A stretch of 55,427 bases of DNA from Candidatus Moraniibacteriota bacterium. Its GTDB lineage: Bacteria > Patescibacteriota > Minisyncoccia > Moranbacterales > UBA1568. Numbering within the stretch: position 1 is the first letter of the stretch; every line of letters starts with the position of its first letter. Below the pieces are notes generated by a model, which searched no databases, was not told the DNA's origin, and saw only the letters and a program-made list of their open reading frames with translations. The translations under genes and the position numbers were made by a program. Of the stretch, positions 46,595 through 54,709 are shown one piece after another. Location: positions 1 to 55,427 of the forward strand of contig CAINXS010000052.1 in NCBI GenBank assembly GCA_903854995.1, read 5' to 3'.

Positions 46595-47539
46595 TCACAA
46601 GATGGACTCGAGACCGGTTCCGACCGACGCGAGCCATATACCGAGCGCCAAGAGTACGATCGCGATCACCTTCCGCACCGTCTCCCGATGACTGATATGC
46701 TCACGGAACACGTGCGGGTATCGGATGGAAAGAATCGTCGCGAATATGAACACGAGCCCGTACTGGACCCCGTTCATTCCCTGCACGAACGTCGCGGAAC
46801 CGAGCGACACCGCATACGACACCAGGATCGTCCCGATTCCCCCGAATACCTGCGTGAGCAGGAAATAACCGACCGTCATCAGGTTCCGTTTCTTTTTCGG
46901 CGTAGCAAACCGGTCATGGCTCGAAAGGATCGCTTCACGGAAAGACGGTACCGCGAACAAAGAAATTCCGGCCAGGAATATTCCGACTTTCGACCAGACG
47001 AAACCGGTCACGAAATTCGACGAGAGGTACGCCGCCTTCAGCAAGACCAACGCGAGGGCGGTAAGCGCGCCGGAAAGCAGTATGGAGCGAACGAAGCCCG
47101 GACCGCTGACCCCTTTTCCGCCGGTCGCGAGGATGATGGCGCCGCCGACCAAGAGTCCGAGGGCGAGCAGGCTTGAAAACGAAACGCTCCCGCCGGAAAG
47201 AAAAAGAGAAAATAAAAAAACGACAAAAAGAAATCCGACCGATGTCACCCCTATGAGCGGTACCGCGCGCGAGACCTCGCTGCGTTTGATCGCCATGTAT
47301 GACGTAAGCAATCCGTATAGGAAGACGAATCCGGACGCGATTCCGAGTGCGATCGCGGCAGGAACGAAGAGCACGAATCCGAACGGGATAAGCGCTATGA
47401 ATGGCAGATTCATCAAAGACATGAAAAACGCGTACAGGGCCGGGGCTCCGATACGTTTTTCAGAAAGCAAAAACTTGTCGAAAACCGACGCGATAGCGTT
47501 CAATCCGTATCCCGCCAATGCCACCGAAATCCAATTCAT
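46595..47539 (-). CDS. EamA/DMT-like polytopic membrane protein
   Basis: About 10 TM helices. The ATG at 47539 (MNWISVAL) is preferred over the long upstream extension. Confidence 0.65.
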   Translation of the reverse strand: MNWISVALAGYGLNAIASVFDKFLLSEKRIGAPALYAFFMSLMNLPFIALIPFGFVLFVPAAIALGIASGFVFLYGLLTSYMAIKRSEVSRAVPLIGVTSVGFLFVVFLFSLFLSGGSVSFSSLLALGLLVGGAIILATGGKGVSGPGFVRSILLSGALTALALVLLKAAYLSSNFVTGFVWSKVGIFLAGISLFAVPSFREAILSSHDRFATPKKKRNLMTVGYFLLTQVFGGIGTILVSYAVSLGSATFVQGMNGVQYGLVFIFATILSIRYPHVFREHISHRETVRKVIAIVLLALGIWLASVGTGLESIL

Positions 47540-47588
47540 AGAACAGCTTCTTTTCCTCCAGTATACCGCGCCCGACCGATTAACGAAA

Positions 47589-47611
47589 CCGCCCCGTACG
47601 GTACGGGGCGG
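47589..47611 (-). terminator. hairpin CCGCCCCGTAC-C-GTACGGGGCGG followed by TTTCGTT on the minus strand
   Basis: It lies 18 nt downstream of the stop at 47629. Confidence 0.65.
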
Positions 47612-47628
47612 ATCGTGAAATCCGTCTC

Positions 47629-48417
47629 TCAAAGTTTCGCGATACGATCGTAGTAGACGCGGACACCGGAAATCCAACTCCGAACGCTCTCGGGACTGTG
47701 TCCCGCGCACGTGTTCCCACATTTCCACACGATCAATTTCTCCGGACTGCTTGCCTGTCGTTTGGCGACAAGTTCCGCGATTCGATCCCCGACGATCTGC
47801 GCAGCTTCTTCGGGAGACCCGAAGCAGGCATAGCCCATCGCCGTTCCGCGTGCGCCGGATCCCTTGTAGCCCCAATAATTGAAACAGTCTCCCGCACCGT
47901 TGCTCGGTACGTGTCTGCCCCAATCGGATTCTTTCTTCGCGATTCCGACGATAAGACCCGCGATCTCGCGGTCATACGTCGCTATCGTCGGCACCATCGT
48001 CTCGATGGGGTATCCACTCACGAGTCCGGTGATTTCCGACTCAAGCTCGCTTGTCGTCTCACTTCGGAAGAACCGTTCTTCCGAAACGACATCCTTGCAC
48101 AAGTCGAGCTCGCTGGACATGGCCACATCGTCCGGTACACCCGCCCCGAACGATTCCCAGAGCTCCCGCTCCAGATAGAGGACACAGAGCCCCTTACCCG
48201 CCTCAGCATCACTCGCGTTCGAGATCAGGCTCGGAACCGTTTCCGAGGGACCCGATTCGCGAGGCGAGAGCGCATACACCGACATCGACGAGAAGAGGCA
48301 TATTCCGGAAACGAAAAGCGCCTGCTTCAGGCGTCGTCCCGAAAATGTACCGACTCGTCCCGAACGTAAATCATCTTCTTCCCCTCCCGGAATACCGTCT
48401 CCGGTTATCCGTAACAT
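47629..48417 (-). CDS. secreted or anchored protein with a Cys-rich C-terminal domain (paralog 1)
   Basis: It has a signal/TM-like segment (FVSGICLFSSMSVYALS). The C-terminal block is IAKKESDWG...DCFNYWGY...WKCGNTCAGH. Confidence 0.75.
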   Translation of the reverse strand: MLRITGDGIPGGEEDDLRSGRVGTFSGRRLKQALFVSGICLFSSMSVYALSPRESGPSETVPSLISNASDAEAGKGLCVLYLERELWESFGAGVPDDVAMSSELDLCKDVVSEERFFRSETTSELESEITGLVSGYPIETMVPTIATYDREIAGLIVGIAKKESDWGRHVPSNGAGDCFNYWGYKGSGARGTAMGYACFGSPEEAAQIVGDRIAELVAKRQASSPEKLIVWKCGNTCAGHSPESVRSWISGVRVYYDRIAKL

Positions 48418-48478
48418 AGGTTACCCTTACAAGGTTAACCCTCCATTTTTGCGATTTCCCCTCCGGAACGCATTTGAG

Positions 48479-48507
48479 ATTGTAGCAAGATTTTGGTGAA
48501 TGGTCAA
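48479..48507 (-). promoter_or_regulatory. sigma70-type promoter TTGACC-17 nt-TACAAT
   Basis: The -35 box is at 48502-48507 and the -10 box at 48479-48484 (minus strand). It lies about 60 nt upstream of the ATG at 48417. Confidence 0.6.
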
Positions 48508-48560
48508 AAAGATTTTAAACTAATTTGCTTATACAAGCTATTTTTTGAAAGCTTTACAAC

Positions 48561-48584
48561 AAAAAACCGGGGCTCATGCCCCGG
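48561..48584 (-). terminator. rho-independent terminator CCGGGGC-ATGA-GCCCCGG plus TTTTTT
   Basis: It lies 23 nt downstream of the stop at 48607. Confidence 0.85.
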
Positions 48585-48606
48585 CCGTTCCCGAATCTTT
48601 TTCCTA

Positions 48607-49695
48607 CTATCCGTTCGTCTCCTCCGGAACATTCAGTTTCTCGTAGTACATGTCGACGTCGGAAATCCATTTCTTTACGCTATATGGGTCGTGGCCCGCA
48701 CAGGTGGAACCGCACTTCCAGACGATAAGATCCTCCGGCGTGCTCAGGTTCTTCTCATAAATAAGCGTATGAAGCCGTTTCGCGACGGTCTCCACCGCGT
48801 CCTTGCGACTATTGAAACAGGTGTGCCCGCCCGTACCCATCATCAGTCGGATGCCGCGATACCCCCAGTAGTTAAAACAATCCTGCCCCTCAAGCACTGG
48901 CGCACGCACTCCCCATGCCGACTCTTTCTTCGCGATCGCGACGAGATATATCGCCACGGTACGATCCTGCTCGACGATATACGGAACCATGTCCTCGATC
49001 GGATAGCCCTTCACCATCTCCCTGACACGGTTCTCAAAATCCTTCTCCGCGGGATCTTCTACCGACAATTCGGAAAGCAACTTTGCCATGTCCGCATCAG
49101 CCTCGGTATTCGCACCCAACACCCTCGCGTCGATCGGCTGCTCGACCTGGACATACTGCACCTGGTCATCGGCTTTCGCTCCGGATCCGAACGAATGCTC
49201 GAGGAACAAGGCGGACACCATGCCGAGCGCCATCGCGCCGACGAGCGGCACATATGCCGTCCGTCCCGAAGTTATGCCGAGACGGAAGCCGGAAATGCCC
49301 GCAGACAGGTCCTCTCCGAATGAGCGCATCTTTTCCTCGAAATCCTGTACGGAACCGAGATCGGGAATCGGAAGCGATATCGCGAACGGGCGGCGTCGCA
49401 TCGGCGTGACGCCCGAAAATCCCGCCGGTCGAAGACCGTCGACCGTGCGAATCGGATTCAGATGAAGCGGCTTCTGACCGAGCGTATCCACCGCATATCG
49501 CGAATACAGGATCGAATCATCAGCAAAAGAAACGACCGAAACGCGACGGCCCCGAGATATGACTTCGGAACGGATTGGTCCGATGGCGCGTTTCGGAACT
49601 GAAATACCGACACACGACCCGGCATTCGCCGAGGAGGAAATACCGTCAATAAAGGGGGTTTTTTTCGTTTTCAGGGGGAAGACCCTCGAACTCAT
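48607..49695 (-). CDS. anchored protein with the same Cys-rich C-terminal domain (paralog 2)
   Basis: The C-terminal block is IAKKESAWG...DCFNYWGY...WKCGSTCAGH. The start is either the ATG at 49695 or the GTG at 49746. Confidence 0.75.
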   Translation of the reverse strand: MSSRVFPLKTKKTPFIDGISSSANAGSCVGISVPKRAIGPIRSEVISRGRRVSVVSFADDSILYSRYAVDTLGQKPLHLNPIRTVDGLRPAGFSGVTPMRRRPFAISLPIPDLGSVQDFEEKMRSFGEDLSAGISGFRLGITSGRTAYVPLVGAMALGMVSALFLEHSFGSGAKADDQVQYVQVEQPIDARVLGANTEADADMAKLLSELSVEDPAEKDFENRVREMVKGYPIEDMVPYIVEQDRTVAIYLVAIAKKESAWGVRAPVLEGQDCFNYWGYRGIRLMMGTGGHTCFNSRKDAVETVAKRLHTLIYEKNLSTPEDLIVWKCGSTCAGHDPYSVKKWISDVDMYYEKLNVPEETNG

Positions 49696-49754
49696 ACACT
49701 GTTGATAGTATTTGTTTCCCTCCGACCGGAATCGGTTTCCTGGCACTTATCGGC

Positions 49755-50141
49755 CTAGATACCGGCCTTCTCGCGGAAATATTTCTCGACATCCGGCGTA
49801 CCGACGTAACACTTCCCTTCCGCGAACAGGAATGGCACACCGACCTCTTTTTCCGGAATCCCGCAGATCTTTGCACGGTTTTTCAATTCGTTCGCGTTCG
49901 CCACATTATGCCACGTCTCTTTTTTCACAAACGGCACTTTCTCCCCCATTTTGTTATCGTCAAGGAATTTCTCTACGTCCTTGCAATGCGGGCATTCTTC
50001 GCCGTAATAGAAAACGATGTCCGAAGAAGATTCTCCGAATGACTGTCCCGTCGGATTCTGTGCCGTATTCCTGAAGAAGAATCCACCGACGAATACTGCC
50101 ACGACCACTACCGCGACTATGATGATGCCTTTCTTGTCCAT
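49755..50141 (-). CDS. membrane-anchored glutaredoxin/thioredoxin-fold protein
   Basis: A TM helix is followed by YYGEECPHCKDVEKF (CPHC active site). Confidence 0.8.
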   Translation of the reverse strand: MDKKGIIIVAVVVVAVFVGGFFFRNTAQNPTGQSFGESSSDIVFYYGEECPHCKDVEKFLDDNKMGEKVPFVKKETWHNVANANELKNRAKICGIPEKEVGVPFLFAEGKCYVGTPDVEKYFREKAGI

Positions 50142-50243
50142 TCCACGGGTCGTTAATCGGAAACTTGCCGTTTCATAATAGCACTTTTTTACGGATAAAA
50201 AAAGCACGGGACTTTTCCGTGCCGTCAACATGGGGTTTTCCAT

Positions 50244-51086
50244 TCATCCGATTTCACGCACCCCTCGGTTCCGCTTCAGAAGCAGAATATGTGAAACGAA
50301 AGCCGACACGAGCAGAATCAGGGAGAGCGCCTGCCCGAAAGTCATCCAGCCGAAAAATCGGGCAGATCCCGGGTCCGGTTCGCGGAAAAACTCGGAAAGA
50401 AATCTCGCTACCGCGTATCCTGAAAGAAACACGACCGAAAGGGTGCCTTCCTGCAGGCGGCGCTTTTGAAGCGCGTTCAGCACGACAAACAGTACCACTC
50501 CCTCCAAGAACGCCTCATAGAGTTGGGACGGGTGTCTGAGCGCCCACCCCGGGTCGGTCGCGCTCGGAAAATACACGCTCCAGGGTACCGTCGTAAGCCG
50601 TCCAGGCAGTTCCAGATTCAGGAAATTTCCTATTCTCCCGAAAAAGAGCGCCAGAGGCACGCTCGGGACGACAAAATCCGTAAATCGGAAGAAGGATATT
50701 TTTTTCCATCCAGTGAATATGATGCACGCGATTATCGATCCGATAAGCGCTCCGAAAAAACTCATTCCACGAATGCCGGAGAAATTTCCGGTTACCGGAT
50801 CGGTCTGCCAAATGAGGGAAATCGGGTTCGCGAACAATGTCGGTTCGTACATCAAAGCGAATCCGAGCCTCCCCCCAATCAATACCCCGAGAAATATGAA
50901 GATGGCGGCATCCCAAACGGTTTCCGCGTCCAACGGCGCCATCGCGCGCCTGGACCGAAGGAGGAGCGAGGCGGTAAGCGCCACATATCCCCCGATAAAA
51001 CAGACGGCATACCACCGGACCGGCAAAGACCCGACCGCAAACGCGATCGGGTCGATATGCTGTGGAAAGTGCTGCCAGAAGCCCAT
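50244..51086 (-). CDS. lgt: prolipoprotein diacylglyceryl transferase
   Basis: PIAFAVGSLPVRWYAV, GRIGNFLN and PSQLYEA motifs are present. Confidence 0.92.
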   Translation of the reverse strand: MGFWQHFPQHIDPIAFAVGSLPVRWYAVCFIGGYVALTASLLLRSRRAMAPLDAETVWDAAIFIFLGVLIGGRLGFALMYEPTLFANPISLIWQTDPVTGNFSGIRGMSFFGALIGSIIACIIFTGWKKISFFRFTDFVVPSVPLALFFGRIGNFLNLELPGRLTTVPWSVYFPSATDPGWALRHPSQLYEAFLEGVVLFVVLNALQKRRLQEGTLSVVFLSGYAVARFLSEFFREPDPGSARFFGWMTFGQALSLILLVSAFVSHILLLKRNRGVREIG

Positions 51087-51097
51087 AGGGGAATATA

Positions 51098-52159
51098 TCA
51101 GTCAGGAGTGGAAGGGTCACCGTCGCCCTTACCTTCTGAACCGAATTCGTGCGCGTATATTTCAGCGAATACCAGGAAAAGCGAGACGATAATCGGGCCG
51201 ATAAGCAGGCCGGAGAACCCGAAGAGAGAGATACCTCCGAGTGTGGCGAAGAAGACGAGCATAGGATGCATCTCCGTATCGTGTCCGACCAGTTTCGGAC
51301 GGAGCAGGTTGTCAATCAGCGAGATAACGAGCGCTCCGAAGGAAAGAACGAAGATGCCTTGCCACAGATTTCCAGTCAAAAGCAGGAAGAGTCCCGTCGG
51401 AAACCAGACCAGACCCGCCCCGAGCATCGGAACGAGCGAGGCGACCGACATGACGATTCCCCAAATGACCGGCGAAGCCACTCCGGCGATGCCGAATGCT
51501 ATGCCGCCGAGAGTTCCCTGCACCAGCGCGACGACGAGCGATCCCTTGATCATTGCACGGCTGATAGACGCGAAGCGACGGAATATGATCCGGTCCTGCT
51601 CCTCATGAAACGGGGAAAACCGGGACCATTCCGCAAGAAGCCGCCTCCCGTCGATCAGAAAATAGAAAAGAGAGAAGAAGAGCGTGAAAAGCCAGATGAC
51701 CGTCCCCGTTACGCCTTCGTACGCCGCCCCGAGCACTCCGATTGCTCCCGAACGGACCTGAGACAGCGAATCGGTTGCGACGGAAGAAGTCGACTCACCG
51801 AGACTCCAGGCGGAACTGAGAAACGGCACACCTGACAGGAAACCGCCGATGCTCTTGGCAAGTTCGGCACTCTGTTCGGAATGCAAGAACGAGTTCGCCT
51901 CACTCACCGCGAAGCTGAGAACGAGAGATAGGGGTACAACGATGACGATTGCCGCGAACAGACACACCAGAAGGGCGCTCCAGCCCCTGCTCCCGAAAAG
52001 CACCCTCTGAAGTCTACGATGCACGCCGGACAAAAGGGAAGCGAGCACTCCGGCCACAACCACGGCAGTCAGAAAGGGCTGGAACAGAAGAAAAACCCCT
52101 ACACCGGAGATGATGAGGAGAAACAGGAAAAAATAGGAGTTCGCGGAGCTTGTATTCAT
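51098..52159 (-). CDS. AI-2E (PerM) family transporter
   Basis: The polytopic profile ends in a typical C-terminal block, VGHDTEMHPMLVFFATLGG. Confidence 0.85.
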   Translation of the reverse strand: MNTSSANSYFFLFLLIISGVGVFLLFQPFLTAVVVAGVLASLLSGVHRRLQRVLFGSRGWSALLVCLFAAIVIVVPLSLVLSFAVSEANSFLHSEQSAELAKSIGGFLSGVPFLSSAWSLGESTSSVATDSLSQVRSGAIGVLGAAYEGVTGTVIWLFTLFFSLFYFLIDGRRLLAEWSRFSPFHEEQDRIIFRRFASISRAMIKGSLVVALVQGTLGGIAFGIAGVASPVIWGIVMSVASLVPMLGAGLVWFPTGLFLLLTGNLWQGIFVLSFGALVISLIDNLLRPKLVGHDTEMHPMLVFFATLGGISLFGFSGLLIGPIIVSLFLVFAEIYAHEFGSEGKGDGDPSTPD

Positions 52160-52227
52160 GCGATTTTTAACCTTTTATGAAGCCATTATATCAGAAAAAC
52201 AGTACAAACGCAAGGAATCGGAAGAGC

Positions 52228-53364
52228 TCAGGCCTTCGGAAGTGTGCTCACAAATATCCGGTATGCCGCATCGTCGCTAGTAGGTAACGCCGGTGTCCCG
52301 AGGAGTATCTGCGCATTAACCAACAATGTCGGCTTTCCCTTCAGACTCAATTTCCGGTGTGGAGGCCGAACGGCGAGTTCGAGTCCGTATCGGTTCCGAA
52401 ACCAGTCCTTGATACCGGCCCGGGTATTGTGTGACGCCGGAACGACGAAAGGCGCATATCCCTTCTTCCGTGAGGAATAGTATTTCCTGTGTCCCTCGTG
52501 CAGGAATAGCATCACCTGGGCATCCTTAAAACTTAATTTCGAATTGCGAAATGCGAAATGCGAATTCGTCTCTGTTTTTGTTTTCTTCGTTCCTGTTCCA
52601 TCTCTCCCTTTCGTAAAGGGAATACCGAGTCTCCGAGGAGTGGGATTTGATCTTATTTCCGTTTCTAATACGTCTTTCGCATTTCGCATTTCATCTTTTC
52701 CGTGATTCCTAAAATATTCGCATCGGTCTCGAAGCGGGCATGCGCCACACTTCGGCCGGGCGACGCAGATCGCACTCCCGAAATCCATCAATGCCCCGTT
52801 CAGGTCTTTCGCCGGTATGCGAAACGCGCCTTCGAATTCCGAAAAAGGTATATCGGACCGTTTCGATCCGAAGAAAAACCGCCCGACGACACGCCGAAGG
52901 TTCGTATCCCACGCGACCGTGTTTTTGCCGTACGCGAAACTCGCGATCGCCGCGGCCGTGTACGGACCGACTCCGGGCAACGATACGAGTTTATCAGTAT
53001 CCTTCGGAAACTTCCCTCCGTATTCCCCGACTACGACGCTTGCAGCCTTCAGCATGTTCCTTCCGCGGGCATAGTACCCGAGTCCCGCATAATACGGCAA
53101 GAATTCCTCCCACGTCGCGGCAGCAAGTCTTTCGACCGTCGGGAACCGATTCAGGAACCGGTCATAGTATCCGATCACGCGCGACACCTGCGTCTGCTGC
53201 AGCATGATTTCCGACACCCACACCTCGTAGGCGGTGACACCTGGTTTTCTCCATGGCAAATGCTCCCGCCCCGCCCGACGGAAAAAGTCGTGAAGTCGTC
53301 CTTCAAAGAATTTCAGTTTTTCTTTCTTCTCCTTTCGCATATTTTGAACAAAATTTTCAGTCAT
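52228..53364 (-). CDS. mutY: A/G-specific adenine glycosylase (MutY-like) with an in-frame repeat insertion
   Basis: VWVSEIMLQQTQV, a helix-hairpin-helix with GVGPYTAAAI, the 4Fe-4S cluster CVARPKCGACPLRDRC and a Nudix-like C-terminal domain are present. The ATG at 53364 lies inside the MITE terminus. Confidence 0.88.
   Translation of the reverse strand: MTENFVQNMRKEKKEKLKFFEGRLHDFFRRAGREHLPWRKPGVTAYEVWVSEIMLQQTQVSRVIGYYDRFLNRFPTVERLAAATWEEFLPYYAGLGYYARGRNMLKAASVVVGEYGGKFPKDTDKLVSLPGVGPYTAAAIASFAYGKNTVAWDTNLRRVVGRFFFGSKRSDIPFSEFEGAFRIPAKDLNGALMDFGSAICVARPKCGACPLRDRCEYFRNHGKDEMRNAKDVLETEIRSNPTPRRLGIPFTKGRDGTGTKKTKTETNSHFAFRNSKLSFKDAQVMLFLHEGHRKYYSSRKKGYAPFVVPASHNTRAGIKDWFRNRYGLELAVRPPHRKLSLKGKPTLLVNAQILLGTPALPTSDDAAYRIFVSTLPKA
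52546..52692. mobile_element. composite insertion in mutY: inverted GCGAAAT heptamer arms around a core of about 105 bp
   Basis: The left arm gcgaaatgcgaaatgcgaattcg (52546-52568) faces the right arm ttcgcatttcgcatttc (52676-52692). The core contains the TCCCTTTCGTAAAGGGA palindrome. The whole insertion is in frame. Confidence 0.8.
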
Positions 53365-53464
53365 CCCGAGCGAGTCTTCGAGTCGAGAGATCTGCTTCGA
53401 ATATTGTGGATTCCTCCACTCCGTGTGCTCCTCCCACATATGCAGGACGTCGGGTCGGAATGAC
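53360..53464. mobile_element. MITE-like element, family 1
   Basis: The ends are GTCATCCCGAGCGAGTCTTCGAGTCGAG...GGGTCGGAATGAC. It is nearly collinear with 10523-10634. Confidence 0.85.
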
Positions 53465-53468
53465 AGCG

Positions 53469-53584
53469 TGTTGTCAGTTGTTTGTTGTCAGTTGTTTGTT
53501 CCCCGTTGTCAGTTGTAAGTTGTGAGTTGTAAGTTCGTAATCGTCAGTCATTCTTCCGTTGTAAGTTGTCAGTTGTTTGTTATC
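53469..53584. repeat. long GTTGT-type word block from the MITE to the mnmA stop
   Basis: The sequence ttgtcagttgtttgttgtcagttgtttgttccccgttgtcagttgtaagttgtgagttgtaagttcg...gttgtaagttgtcagttgtttgttatc was read directly. Confidence 0.9.
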
Positions 53585-54662
53585 AGTTTTCCGAGATAAT
53601 CCCCGAACCGAGGCACTCGTCCCCACGATAAAACGCTGCGATCTGCCCGGCCGCGATGCCGGTATCACCATTCGCGATCGTAACGTGTCCGCAACGTTCC
53701 CGAAGGGACCCCATTGGGGCCGACTGGATCGAAAGCGTGCATGGATATTCCTGCACTCCGTGACGGAGTTTCACCGTCAGTCGATCGTCCACGTCCGGTG
53801 CGTCCGAGATCCATGAAAGACCGTCGACATGGAATTCCGATCGCGCCGTTTCCGAGCTGCGATACGCATTCGATATATAAACGATATTCTTCGCAGTATC
53901 CTTTCCGGTCACGTACCAGGGGCCGCCGGAAAGCCCTATTCCCTTGCGCTGGCCGATCGTATAGAACCAAAAGCCCTGGTGTTTTCCGAGCGTCTCACCG
54001 GTCTTCGTGTCGACGATATCCCCTTCACGCGTCCCGAGTTTCTCCTCGAGGAACCGATCAAACGGGACTTTCCCGAGGAAACAGATCCCCTGACTGTCCT
54101 TCCGTTCCGCACTTGAAAGTCCATACGTTCGCGCGAGTTCCCGCACCTCGTCCTTGCGATACCCACCGATCGGAAACATCGCCTTCACCAACTGATCCTG
54201 CCGAAGCCGGGAGAGAAAGTAGGTCTGGTCTTTATGTTCGTCGGCCGAACGCAGGAGCCGAGCCTTGCCGTCGCGGACCTCCGTCTGTGCATAGTGCCCC
54301 GTCGCCACATGGTCAAACTCGGCCCCGTACTCCTCGACGAACGCCCCAAATTTGATGAGCGTATTACAAAACACGTCCGGATTCGGCGTCCGCCCCGCTT
54401 TGGCCTCCGCGATCACGTACGACACGATCCGCTCGTGGTATTCTTTCTGGAACGGCACGACCGAGAGCGGTGCCCCCACTTCCTCGCAGACCGCGCGGAC
54501 ATATCTCAGATCTTCCTCCCACGGACATTCCCCCAGGAATGACAATTCGTCCTCAAGCCATATCTTGAGATAGAACGCGGTAATATCGTGCCCCGCGTCC
54601 TTCAGAAGACGCAGAGCGACCGAACTATCCACCCCGCCGGAAATAAGCATTGCAACTTTCAT
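53583..54662 (-). CDS. mnmA: tRNA-specific 2-thiouridylase
   Basis: The PP-loop MLISGGVDSS is present, with full-length MnmA similarity. Confidence 0.95.
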   Translation of the reverse strand: MKVAMLISGGVDSSVALRLLKDAGHDITAFYLKIWLEDELSFLGECPWEEDLRYVRAVCEEVGAPLSVVPFQKEYHERIVSYVIAEAKAGRTPNPDVFCNTLIKFGAFVEEYGAEFDHVATGHYAQTEVRDGKARLLRSADEHKDQTYFLSRLRQDQLVKAMFPIGGYRKDEVRELARTYGLSSAERKDSQGICFLGKVPFDRFLEEKLGTREGDIVDTKTGETLGKHQGFWFYTIGQRKGIGLSGGPWYVTGKDTAKNIVYISNAYRSSETARSEFHVDGLSWISDAPDVDDRLTVKLRHGVQEYPCTLSIQSAPMGSLRERCGHVTIANGDTGIAAGQIAAFYRGDECLGSGIISEN

Positions 54663-54709
54663 TGGGTTCCGTTATTGAAAAAGAATCGTAACACGAGATA
54701 CCGGACTTG

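Noticed and set aside
47629-49746. The two paralogous genes as a DGR template/variable repeat pair.
   Set aside because: Similarity is protein-level (roughly half the residues) over more than 120 aa, with substitutions of all kinds. It is not a near-identical 60-150 bp DNA repeat differing at adenines. I found no TR/VR pair in the window by eye, but a computational repeat search was not possible.
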